A stretch of 64,000 bases of DNA. Source: an uncultured Pelagibacteraceae bacterium. Its GTDB lineage: Bacteria; Pseudomonadota; Alphaproteobacteria; Pelagibacterales; Pelagibacteraceae. Positions 20,485 through 29,013 of this stretch are shown here, one piece after another. The position numbers and the translations under genes were made by a program. The notes under the pieces are model-generated. The model was given only the letters and a program-made list of their open reading frames with translations. It searched no databases and was not told the DNA's origin. Each line of letters begins with the position of its first letter. Within the stretch, counting starts at the first letter, position 1. The stretch spans positions 3,730 to 67,729 of the forward strand of contig CACFVE010000002.1 of assembly GCA_902569735.1 (NCBI GenBank), given 5' to 3'.

Positions 20485-20930
20485 GCAGGGATAAAATTTT
20501 AAAATCTTATGTTTATCCCAATAAAAAATATGCATCACATTTTGGACGTGGAGAAAATTTTAAAATATACGAAGGGTTTCAAGCTTTTTATTTATCAAAC
20601 GATGACAAATATATAATTCATTATTTGTCTGGAATATATTTATATAGAAATAACATTAATGAATGCTATGAAAAAATGTATTTTATAGCTGAAGAAATTA
20701 AAACTGGATTATCATTTGAAAAATATCATGATAGTGGAAAAATGAAACATACAAATTTACCTAAAAGTTTTGCTCATAATTTAACATTTTCTTTTAAAGA
20801 TGGAGGCAATATAGTTATAGCTTGTATGGATTTCCATAAGGATTTAAAACGTTATGTTGACAAGTTAGCTGTTAGTGTGAGATCAAAAGAATTTGTAAAT
20901 TTCCTTAGTTCAGGAGAAGCTTATAAATAA
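20361..20930 (+). CDS. Secreted hypothetical protein, conserved-leader family, copy 3
   Basis: Near-identical 41-aa N-terminus to copy 2; divergent remainder. Confidence 0.82.
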   Translation: MKKFLVIVFLNLFIFNPSKGDDIRDFEIEGMSIGDSLLDYFSRDKILKSYVYPNKKYASHFGRGENFKIYEGFQAFYLSNDDKYIIHYLSGIYLYRNNINECYEKMYFIAEEIKTGLSFEKYHDSGKMKHTNLPKSFAHNLTFSFKDGGNIVIACMDFHKDLKRYVDKLAVSVRSKEFVNFLSSGEAYK

Positions 20931-20931
20931 A

Positions 20932-21885
20932 TTAAGGCACGTAAGTATTAGCAGCTTCAACTAAATCTTTATAAGCTTGAGTATTTTTTAGAGAAGCAAG
21001 TCTATTAGCTAATTGAGGTTCTTTATTAATTTCTTCTAAGTAATTTTTATAAGCAAGAGAAATAGGATATTCCACTAAAACATAAGTTCGGTATCCTCCA
21101 TTAGCTCTTGGTGATGTTTTAGACTTTATAATTTTATAACCTGTTATTGAAACATTCTTAATTATAATTTTTTGTGCTCTTTCAATGTTTGATTTAAATT
21201 GCACATCTTCTCCTAAACCTGCTTCTTTTATCATTATTTTATTTTTTGATGTCATTCTTACTTGCATCTGTTTAGCTAAAGCAAATAACGCTGAATTGAT
21301 CGCTTTGTCTCTTGAGAATTGCATATCTTGTGATACGGCAGTTCCCACAGAATACATTACAGTTTCAGTTCCTGGAGGCATTTCATCCCACCACTCTGGT
21401 GTGGCCTCTTGAATTTTTGCATCCCTTTCTTTTTTTAATTTTTTTGATTCTTCAAATTGTTTTTTTAAAGCTGCAAGATATTTGTCTTCACTTCCAATTT
21501 CAAATTCAAGTACCGGAGTGTCTCCCATGATAATAATTTCGTTTTTATACTTTTGTATAGCCTCTTTTCTGTTTTTTTCCTCTTTTTCTTTATCTAACTT
21601 TGCTTTAGCGTCATTTTCCGTTTTTAGTTTTTTAGTTTTTTTTTCTAATTTTAAATCTTCAAGCTGTTTTCTTAAAGCTACAACATATTTATCTTTATCA
21701 ATATTGCCTTTGTATTTGACCTGATCAACTGTAAGCGGAGTTTCACCTAAATCTTCAATTTGGTTTTTAATTTCAAGTATTAGCTCATCTTTAACTTGTT
21801 TTTGAGATGTTGTAGCAGGGCAAGCAGTTAATAATGGAATTGCCAAAAGTAAAACAAGCGTATTTATTTTTTTTCTAAAGTTCAT
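20932..21885 (-). CDS. Lipoprotein with coiled-coil repeats and a C-terminal LPP20-like domain
   Basis: Lipobox LLTAC; PEWW...YSVGTA.S......A...A...LAKQ pattern typical of LPP20. Confidence 0.7.
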   Translation of the reverse strand: MNFRKKINTLVLLLAIPLLTACPATTSQKQVKDELILEIKNQIEDLGETPLTVDQVKYKGNIDKDKYVVALRKQLEDLKLEKKTKKLKTENDAKAKLDKEKEEKNRKEAIQKYKNEIIIMGDTPVLEFEIGSEDKYLAALKKQFEESKKLKKERDAKIQEATPEWWDEMPPGTETVMYSVGTAVSQDMQFSRDKAINSALFALAKQMQVRMTSKNKIMIKEAGLGEDVQFKSNIERAQKIIIKNVSITGYKIIKSKTSPRANGGYRTYVLVEYPISLAYKNYLEEINKEPQLANRLASLKNTQAYKDLVEAANTYVP

Positions 21886-22679
21886 TTATAAATAGTATAA
21901 GTTCTTTGTAATTCATCTAGAACTATATTTTTTTTACCTAACTCATTCAAGCTTTTTCGTAAATCTTCAATTCGAGAGAATTTATCAAGCCAATCTATAT
22001 TTTTCACTGTAGCAATGAATATTAAATGTTCATCAACTCTAGCTTTTTTTGTATTTTTAGGAAAGTCAACGGTATACTGAGTCCCTTCAGTGGGCAATTT
22101 AAATTTTCTAGAGCTGATTTTATTATTTTTTTCTCTAGCATTAGGAAATAATTTTTGAACCTGAAAACCTTTTTCATAAGGAAAATATACATATACAGTC
22201 AAAAACATTTCTTTATTACTTAAAATTTCCATATTTATATTTTCTTTGTCTCTAAAATTATCTAGATTTAATTTTACATCTAATTGAAACTCAGAGTTAC
22301 GTTTAATTGACTCTTCAACATTTGCCTTAATTTTGATTAGACAATAGTAACGTTTATTATCTTCGTCATATCCAGAATCTTTTTTCAAAGTGGTAACTTC
22401 AGTAATATCTCCATTTAATGACAATACTGAAATTTGATTTTGTTCACAGTTTAACTTACCGTCCACCTCACTACATTTTTCAGTTTCTTGTAATGACACT
22501 TTTAAACCTAAAGCCTTTTTTATAGCATTATCTTTTGCTCTCTGTTCAGCTAGATTGCAAGCTTCTTCTTGTGAGATTTTTCCGTCGTGATTATATTCTG
22601 CTTCAGCTTCAACTACTTTTGAATTGGCAAAGCTTGTTAAGTTTGAAAAGAATAAAATAAGTATGATTAATCTTATCAT
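21882..22679 (-). CDS. Secreted protein, FlgT-N/LPP20-like N-domain plus DUF4384-like C-domain
   Basis: Signal peptide; EAC.LAEQRAKDNAIKKALG helix; F.D.E.I..EI.SNKEMFL.VY...VQKLFPN pattern. Confidence 0.62.
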   Translation of the reverse strand: MIRLIILILFFSNLTSFANSKVVEAEAEYNHDGKISQEEACNLAEQRAKDNAIKKALGLKVSLQETEKCSEVDGKLNCEQNQISVLSLNGDITEVTTLKKDSGYDEDNKRYYCLIKIKANVEESIKRNSEFQLDVKLNLDNFRDKENINMEILSNKEMFLTVYVYFPYEKGFQVQKLFPNAREKNNKISSRKFKLPTEGTQYTVDFPKNTKKARVDEHLIFIATVKNIDWLDKFSRIEDLRKSLNELGKKNIVLDELQRTYTIYK

Positions 22680-24202
22680 TTTTTCTTTTTAACTTTAGTT
22701 TTTTCGTCAGCTTCAACCGCAACAAACACTACTTTAGAAAGCATTTCTTCATAAATTTTTGATTTATTATATTTGATATTTCTTGTTGGTATAGTTGCTT
22801 TATATTTAAAAACTTCTTTCAACATATTGCTTTTAATTCCAATACCCATCGAAGTTGGTATTTGTCCGGTTTCTTTTAAAACTTTAGTTTTATCTAAAGT
22901 GGCTACACTTACTCCAACTAAGTTTCCATTCATATCAAAAATAGGGCCTCCACTGTTACCCGAATTAATATCTGTTGTTGTTAAAAAAATTCCATATCTG
23001 TCCTCATAAACTTTACTAACAATACCTTGAGTTATAACTGGTAAATCATTTCCAAAATATCCTGACATAGGATAACCAATGCTGATTACGTCTTGTCCTG
23101 CTACAGGTATTGCAAATCTTTTTGGACTTATGTGATGTTTATAATTTCTACTTAGTTTTAAAATTGCAAGATCATAATCTTTTGAAATTGCTATAACTTC
23201 TGCCTTAGCTATTTTACCCAAACCATTTCTTACAGCAATTTTTTTAGCTCCTTCAATTACGTGGTTGTTAGTAACAACATATTTTCCTTTTCCAACAATA
23301 AATCCGCTTCCAGTAAAATTGTATGCAAAGTTAAACTTTTCATATTGAATTTCTTTTTTTCTTTCATTGTATTCTTCAACTTCCTCTTCTTGATATTTCT
23401 TCTTTTTTTTCTTTGCTATAGGTTTAGGTTTTTGTTTTTCAAAATAATTAGGATCAATAGATAAAATCCATTCTTTAGTTTCTTTTAATTTAACTCTATT
23501 TCGGTTGAATTCGTGATATTTATAAACTTTGTATTTAAGATTTAACGCTTTATCTTTGTTTCCATCGATCCAGTAAAGATCAGCCAAGTCATCCATCACA
23601 GTAATAGATGTAGGAAAACTTTTTAAGTATCTTTCTAAGATTTTCATTGCTTCTTTATGATTGTCAAAAGAGGAATGGTAACCTGCAATAGCCAAGTTAA
23701 CATCTGAATTATTTCGGTAACTTTGATATAATCCCTCTAGCATTTGTAATGCTTTATCTTTTTCGCCATTTCTAGTTATAGCCATTGCTAAAACAATTTT
23801 ACTTCTAACACTATCAGCATTTAAAGATAATGAACGTTCAGCATGTTCGATCGCTTTTGATAATTTCCCTTGAACCAGGTTAGCTTCAGATAAACCAAGT
23901 TCACCCAAGCTTTCTATCTTGTCATCAGAAGTCATCAGGGCATTTTCGTAAAACTCTATAGCTTTTTGAGTTTTGTTAATTTTAAGATAGATATCTCCAA
24001 AAAGTAGATCTACTTTTTCTTTTTGATTTTCATTTTCTATCTTGATGTTTCCAAGAATTTTTATTGCTTCTTTGACATTATCTCTATTTATTTCAGCTTT
24101 AACTTTTTTAAAGCTTTCTTCAAAGTTTTTACCATAAGCAAAAACTGAAAAGTTCAATAAAAAGGCCAAAATTGAGATAATAGAAACAATTCTTTTTTTC
24201 AT
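22676..24202 (-). CDS. Secreted TPR-repeat plus trypsin-like (S1C) serine protease, no PDZ
   Basis: Signal peptide; TPR-like helices; TGSGF, VTNNHV (His), DLAILKL (Asp) and NSGNSGGP (Ser). Confidence 0.88.
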   Translation of the reverse strand: MKKRIVSIISILAFLLNFSVFAYGKNFEESFKKVKAEINRDNVKEAIKILGNIKIENENQKEKVDLLFGDIYLKINKTQKAIEFYENALMTSDDKIESLGELGLSEANLVQGKLSKAIEHAERSLSLNADSVRSKIVLAMAITRNGEKDKALQMLEGLYQSYRNNSDVNLAIAGYHSSFDNHKEAMKILERYLKSFPTSITVMDDLADLYWIDGNKDKALNLKYKVYKYHEFNRNRVKLKETKEWILSIDPNYFEKQKPKPIAKKKKKKYQEEEVEEYNERKKEIQYEKFNFAYNFTGSGFIVGKGKYVVTNNHVIEGAKKIAVRNGLGKIAKAEVIAISKDYDLAILKLSRNYKHHISPKRFAIPVAGQDVISIGYPMSGYFGNDLPVITQGIVSKVYEDRYGIFLTTTDINSGNSGGPIFDMNGNLVGVSVATLDKTKVLKETGQIPTSMGIGIKSNMLKEVFKYKATIPTRNIKYNKSKIYEEMLSKVVFVAVEADEKTKVKKKK

Positions 24203-24225
24203 ATTTTTAATTATAATACTAATAA

Positions 24226-25512
24226 ATGAAAATGTTCAAATACTGTTTATATTTGCTTCTATTTGTGTGTTTTTTGGGAACGCATTCATTTGCTCAATCT
24301 GATCAGCTAAAAAGAGAGATAGCTACAATTGAAAAACTTCGTGAAGATGGTGTTTTATCTCCAGAAGATTTTGAAAAGGTTAAAAAGAATTTAATTGAAA
24401 AAGATGCAAAAAGACAAGCCAAATTAAAAACTACTGACACTTCTAAGAAAACAGAAACTAAACCGAGTTCATCTGAAGTATTAAATATAACAATTGAGAC
24501 CAAAGATCAGGCAGGTCAAGAATTTTATGAAAAATCCAGTTTTACCTATAAGGATTATGAAGTTTATACTTTTAGACCAGGGGGAATCAAAATTAAACGA
24601 ATATCAAGCAATAAGGTTTTAGCAATAATAACTGATAGATTAAAAGTAAAGTTTAAAAATAATGGAGAGCAATACATTAGAGCAGATATATCAGGATCGG
24701 AACGACCGACATTAGAAGATGAAGTTAAATTTCGAAAAAAAGAATTAGAGAATTTAGCAAAAGGTACAAAAGAAATTATTACGAACCCTGCTGGAGCATT
24801 AAAAAAGTTAGGAAAAAGAGTGAAGAAATTTTCAAAAAGTATGGATATTAATGATTTAAATTATAAAGGAGATATAAAAAGTTTAATTCCAAAAGATTCA
24901 ATAAAATTTGATCTGTTTATTGAAAACGAAAAAGTTTTAAAAGTTGATGGAAGATATGTAAATAAACATAGAGCTTTTTTTTATCAATTTATGACAACAA
25001 ATTATCAGCCTTTCCATTATTATGTAGTCTTACAAGGAAGAGCGCCTATATCTTTTAATATAAAAAGATTTACTAAAAGAGTAGATAAAGCAGTTAGAAA
25101 AGCGAAAGACAGATTATCAAAAGAACACAATATAACTATCGCTCAAATAGATGAAATTATTGAAAGAAAAATAAATCGGGAAGTTGATAGCGCTACCAAC
25201 GAAGCAATTGATCGAGCAGTCAATGAAAGTGTAGCTGCGGCTATAGAAGAAAGTGTAGGAGCGGCTATGGCAAGAGGATTAGTTGAAGCTATAGAAGCAG
25301 CAACTGGGGAAGCAATTGATGATGCTCTAGAGTCAGAACTTGGAAGAGCTATTGATGAAGAGATAGCAAGAGCAGTTGAAATGGGAATTGATGAAGCAGC
25401 AGTCACAGCAGGTTGGCAAGCTTACTTTGATACTTTAGCTGCTGGTGGAAGTGAAGCACAAGCAGTTGCAGCAGCTTACGATGCATGTGGAGGTCCGTGT
25501 GAAGGTTACTAA
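24226..25512 (+). CDS. Secreted SHOCT-domain protein with Ala/Glu-rich helical C-terminus
   Basis: Signal peptide; IEKLREDGVLSPEDFEKVKKNLI is SHOCT-like. Confidence 0.7.
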   Translation: MKMFKYCLYLLLFVCFLGTHSFAQSDQLKREIATIEKLREDGVLSPEDFEKVKKNLIEKDAKRQAKLKTTDTSKKTETKPSSSEVLNITIETKDQAGQEFYEKSSFTYKDYEVYTFRPGGIKIKRISSNKVLAIITDRLKVKFKNNGEQYIRADISGSERPTLEDEVKFRKKELENLAKGTKEIITNPAGALKKLGKRVKKFSKSMDINDLNYKGDIKSLIPKDSIKFDLFIENEKVLKVDGRYVNKHRAFFYQFMTTNYQPFHYYVVLQGRAPISFNIKRFTKRVDKAVRKAKDRLSKEHNITIAQIDEIIERKINREVDSATNEAIDRAVNESVAAAIEESVGAAMARGLVEAIEAATGEAIDDALESELGRAIDEEIARAVEMGIDEAAVTAGWQAYFDTLAAGGSEAQAVAAAYDACGGPCEGY

Positions 25513-27490
25513 AAATATTTTTTTATTTTTAATATTTTTATTATTTTCAACAAATCTATACGCGAACTGTTCGCAATTTTACAAATCATTAGGAAAGCCC
25601 TCAAAAGTAAGTTTATTATGGCTCGACGATAAAAATGGAAAACAAGCACAATACGCTTTAATAAATAAAATTGGGGGAGATCAGTTCACCTTGTGTAAAA
25701 GAACAAGGTTTGATTATTCGATAGAGGATTCAAATAAAGAATTCCTTAAAGATCTAGATGTATATGAAGGTTTTTCTACTCCTGAAAGTGCATTCAATCA
25801 AGTTTTTAAAATAACTTCAGAAGAGACAACAAGATATATTTTATCAAAACTATATTTACCAGATTATTCAATATCAAAATCTAATTTGGTAACTCAATTT
25901 GCTCTTTCTCAAAAAGAGGAGCAAGTTTCAAAATATATTACAAAGAAACCTTCTAAAAAAATTAAAAAAGAAAAAAAACAAAGTTCTTATATTACAAAAA
26001 AGAAAAAGAAAAAAACTAATGATCAAGATACCTATAATGGCTATTTATTCTGTAGAGCAAGTAGCGGTGCGTTTTCTCCTTATATGGCTGACCGTTGTAC
26101 ATGGGGCACTCTTTCACCAAAAGAGTACGTATTAACCAAGATGGATTATTATGTTTATGGAAGCAGCGTAAACAATCAATCCGATAAAAAAAGAAAAGAT
26201 ATTTACAGTAAAACAAAAGCGTCAATTATAAAACAATTTAGATTGGCAGGTTTAGATGAATCTTTAGTTATAAATACTTTAGCTGAAAATACTAAATTTG
26301 TTGCCTTAGAAAAACCTATTCAAAAAAAACCACAAATAGTTAAAAAACCAAAGAAAAAAATAGAAAAAATAGTTAAAAAACCTAAACCACAAAAACAAAA
26401 GGAATTAAAAGTTGTTGTGCAGGATTTAGATGAAACTCCACCAGAGCTTAAAATTAAAACTAAATATGTGTTTGATAAGCCTAATTATGTCATAAAAGGA
26501 AGTGTCAGGGATAAAGGATCTAAAAAACTTTATGTTTTCGTAGACGATCAAATGATTAAAGAAAAAAATGGTCGCTTTGAAATCAAAAGATTTAGTCCTG
26601 GTAGCGAAAAATTAGAGGTTAAGGCTGTAGATCAATGGGGGAATGAAGTAGTTAAAATTATAGATGTTGAAATCAAAGCTACAACACAACTTGTTGAAAA
26701 GCTAGAACCTCTAAATCCATCAAAAATTAGAAACGTTAATAGAGGTAATGTTGTAGCTTTAATTATAGGAATTGAAAGTTACTCTGAAGCACCTAAAGCC
26801 ATATATGCAAATAGAGATGCTGAATTTTTTGCTGAATACGCTAGATATGCTTTTGGAGCTTCAAGAAACAATATTAAGTTATTAATTGATAAAGACGCAA
26901 CATCAACAAAAATGTATGGTGCTTTAGAGAAGTGGCTCCCAGCAAAAATTCAAAGCGATCAAACAGACGTAATAGTTTTTTTTGCAGGACATGGCTTAGC
27001 ATCTGTTGATGGAAAAAACTTATATTTGTTAATGCAAGATAGTGATACCGATCTCTTATCTAGAACTGCCCTTTCTAGAACAGAACTATTTAAGCTCATT
27101 AATCAACACAATCCAAAGTCAGTAAAAATGTTTTTTGATACGTGTTACAGCGGTCAAAGTCGTGACGAAAAAACTTTACTTGCATCAGCTCGACCTATTA
27201 GAATAGGTATTAAAGAGTCAGACGGGGTCCCAGACAATTTTACAGTTTTTACCGCTTCACAGGATGATCAAATTTCTTCTGGTCTTAAAGAAGCTAAACA
27301 TGGAATTTTTAGTTATTATTTAATGAAAGGTCTTGAGGGACAAGCAGACAAAAACAAAGATAGAGAAATAACCAATGGAGAACTACTAGCTTACATGGAA
27401 AACAAAGTTAATAGCAAAGCGGTTGAAATTGGAAGAAATCAAATTCCATCTCTAGTTGGAAAAAAAGATATCACTTTAAATAGATATTAA
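25499..27490 (+). CDS. Secreted caspase-like (peptidase C14) protein with Ig-like domain
   Basis: GGAGG at 25489-25493 precedes GTG 25499, giving signal peptide MKVTKNIFLFLIFLLFSTNLYA. ALIIGIESY, FFAGHG (His), FFDTCYSG (Cys) and HGIFSYYL..GL.G.AD.N.D motifs. Confidence 0.88.
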   Translation: MKVTKNIFLFLIFLLFSTNLYANCSQFYKSLGKPSKVSLLWLDDKNGKQAQYALINKIGGDQFTLCKRTRFDYSIEDSNKEFLKDLDVYEGFSTPESAFNQVFKITSEETTRYILSKLYLPDYSISKSNLVTQFALSQKEEQVSKYITKKPSKKIKKEKKQSSYITKKKKKKTNDQDTYNGYLFCRASSGAFSPYMADRCTWGTLSPKEYVLTKMDYYVYGSSVNNQSDKKRKDIYSKTKASIIKQFRLAGLDESLVINTLAENTKFVALEKPIQKKPQIVKKPKKKIEKIVKKPKPQKQKELKVVVQDLDETPPELKIKTKYVFDKPNYVIKGSVRDKGSKKLYVFVDDQMIKEKNGRFEIKRFSPGSEKLEVKAVDQWGNEVVKIIDVEIKATTQLVEKLEPLNPSKIRNVNRGNVVALIIGIESYSEAPKAIYANRDAEFFAEYARYAFGASRNNIKLLIDKDATSTKMYGALEKWLPAKIQSDQTDVIVFFAGHGLASVDGKNLYLLMQDSDTDLLSRTALSRTELFKLINQHNPKSVKMFFDTCYSGQSRDEKTLLASARPIRIGIKESDGVPDNFTVFTASQDDQISSGLKEAKHGIFSYYLMKGLEGQADKNKDREITNGELLAYMENKVNSKAVEIGRNQIPSLVGKKDITLNRY

Positions 27491-28059
27491 TGAAAAATCT
27501 ATTAAAGATCATAATTATAAGCTTTTGCTTCATAACCCCATCCCTGGCGGATGATATTAGAGACTTTCAGATAGAGGGAATAAGTGTGGGGGACAGTTTA
27601 CTTAAAATGTATACTGAAGCACAAATTAAAGGTTGGTCTAAAAAAGATTATAAATCTAAAAAATATTCTAGATTTAATATGAAAGATAATAGACTAGAAA
27701 CTTACGATGAAATTCAATTTCATTATCTAACAAACGATAAAAATTATACTGTTCAATCAATAACTGCGGGAATATTTTTTGAAGATTTATCTGAATGTTT
27801 CAAAAAACAATTTAATGTTTTTGATGATATAAAAAAATTTTTAAGTGATACAAAAACTGACTTTATTGAAAAAATAGATGGCGGAAGAACAGATAAACAA
27901 AGTAATGTTTATAGAATGACTTTTAATTTAGAATCAGCAGCAATAATTGAGGTAGCTTGTGTTGATTGGGATGATGGAATGGAATGGGAGGATCATTTAA
28001 GAGTTGCAGTTAATGATGAAAAATTTCTTCAATGGATTCAAGAAGAAGCTTATGAATAA
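27490..28059 (+). CDS. Secreted hypothetical protein, conserved-leader family, copy 4
   Basis: Signal peptide followed by DDIRDFQIEGISVGDSLL. Confidence 0.82.
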   Translation: MKNLLKIIIISFCFITPSLADDIRDFQIEGISVGDSLLKMYTEAQIKGWSKKDYKSKKYSRFNMKDNRLETYDEIQFHYLTNDKNYTVQSITAGIFFEDLSECFKKQFNVFDDIKKFLSDTKTDFIEKIDGGRTDKQSNVYRMTFNLESAAIIEVACVDWDDGMEWEDHLRVAVNDEKFLQWIQEEAYE

Positions 28060-29013
28060 TTATTTTTGAATAGTATTGAGTTTGTTTAACTCTGCTAAAA
28101 ATTCAGGAAGAGCTTTAAATAAATCTGCTTCTAAACCATAATCTGCAATATTAAAGATTGGTGCCTCACCATCTTTATTAATTGCTACAATTATCTTACT
28201 CTCTTTCATGCCAGCTAAGTGTTGAATAGCCCCTGAGATACCCACAGCAATATACAAATCAGGCACTACAACTTTTCCAGTTTGTCCAACTTGATGATCA
28301 TTGCTTATATATCCTGCATCAACTGCAGCACGAGATGCGCCAACCGCAGCATTAAGTTTATCTGCAATATCAGTTATTAACTTAAAATTTTCTCCACTTT
28401 CTAAACCTCTACCACCTGAAACAACAATTCTTGCAGTTCCAAGCTCTGGTCTCTCTGATTTTGTTTCCTCTCGCTTAATAAATTTGGAAATATTCGGTAC
28501 ATCCACTGGTTCAATTTTTTCAACTTGTGCAGAACCACCAGTTTTTTCAGCCGGTTCAAAAGACGTCGGTCTGATAGTCACACATTTTTTTTTGTCATTA
28601 CTTTTTACTGTTGCAAAAGCATTGCCTGCATAAATAGGTCTTACAAAAGTATCAGGGCTAGATACTTTAATAATATCGCTTACTTGAGAAATATCTAATG
28701 CCGCGGCCACTCTTGGCATGAAATTTTTTCCAAAAGTATTTGCTGATGCCACGATATGATCATATTTTTCCGCAGTCTTCGTTACTAAAGGAGCTAAATT
28801 TTCGGGGAGATAATTTTGGTAGTTAGGAGACTCGCACCATAAAACTTTTTTTACCAGAGGAATACTTGCAACCTCTTTAGTTACATTTTCACAATTAGTG
28901 CCAGCAACTAAAACATGAACTTCGCCATCAATTTTAGATGCTGCAAAAATTGCATTTAATGTAAATGGTTTTAATTTTGTATTGTCGTGTTCTGCAATTA
29001 ATAATACTGACAT
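28060..29013 (-). CDS. etfA: Electron transfer flavoprotein alpha subunit
   Basis: RPIYAGNA, VSGGRG, GASRAAVDAG, QVGQTGKVV and GISGAIQH motifs. Confidence 0.97.
   Translation of the reverse strand: MSVLLIAEHDNTKLKPFTLNAIFAASKIDGEVHVLVAGTNCENVTKEVASIPLVKKVLWCESPNYQNYLPENLAPLVTKTAEKYDHIVASANTFGKNFMPRVAAALDISQVSDIIKVSSPDTFVRPIYAGNAFATVKSNDKKKCVTIRPTSFEPAEKTGGSAQVEKIEPVDVPNISKFIKREETKSERPELGTARIVVSGGRGLESGENFKLITDIADKLNAAVGASRAAVDAGYISNDHQVGQTGKVVVPDLYIAVGISGAIQHLAGMKESKIIVAINKDGEAPIFNIADYGLEADLFKALPEFLAELNKLNTIQK

Larger units (their letters stand above)
18573..28059. other. Accessory genomic island of predicted exported proteins between ETF-QO and etfA
   Basis: Ten ORFs, all with signal peptides or lipoboxes and none housekeeping, lie between two functionally linked co-oriented genes. 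Confidence 0.75.

Noticed and set aside
18908-20930. Cassette array as an integron or CRISPR array
   Set aside because: No integrase, no attC-like palindromes (genes are 0-3 nt apart) and no short regularly spaced repeats.
25445-25498. Longer start for the caspase-like gene
   Set aside because: GTG 25499 has a GGAGG RBS and yields a clean signal peptide.
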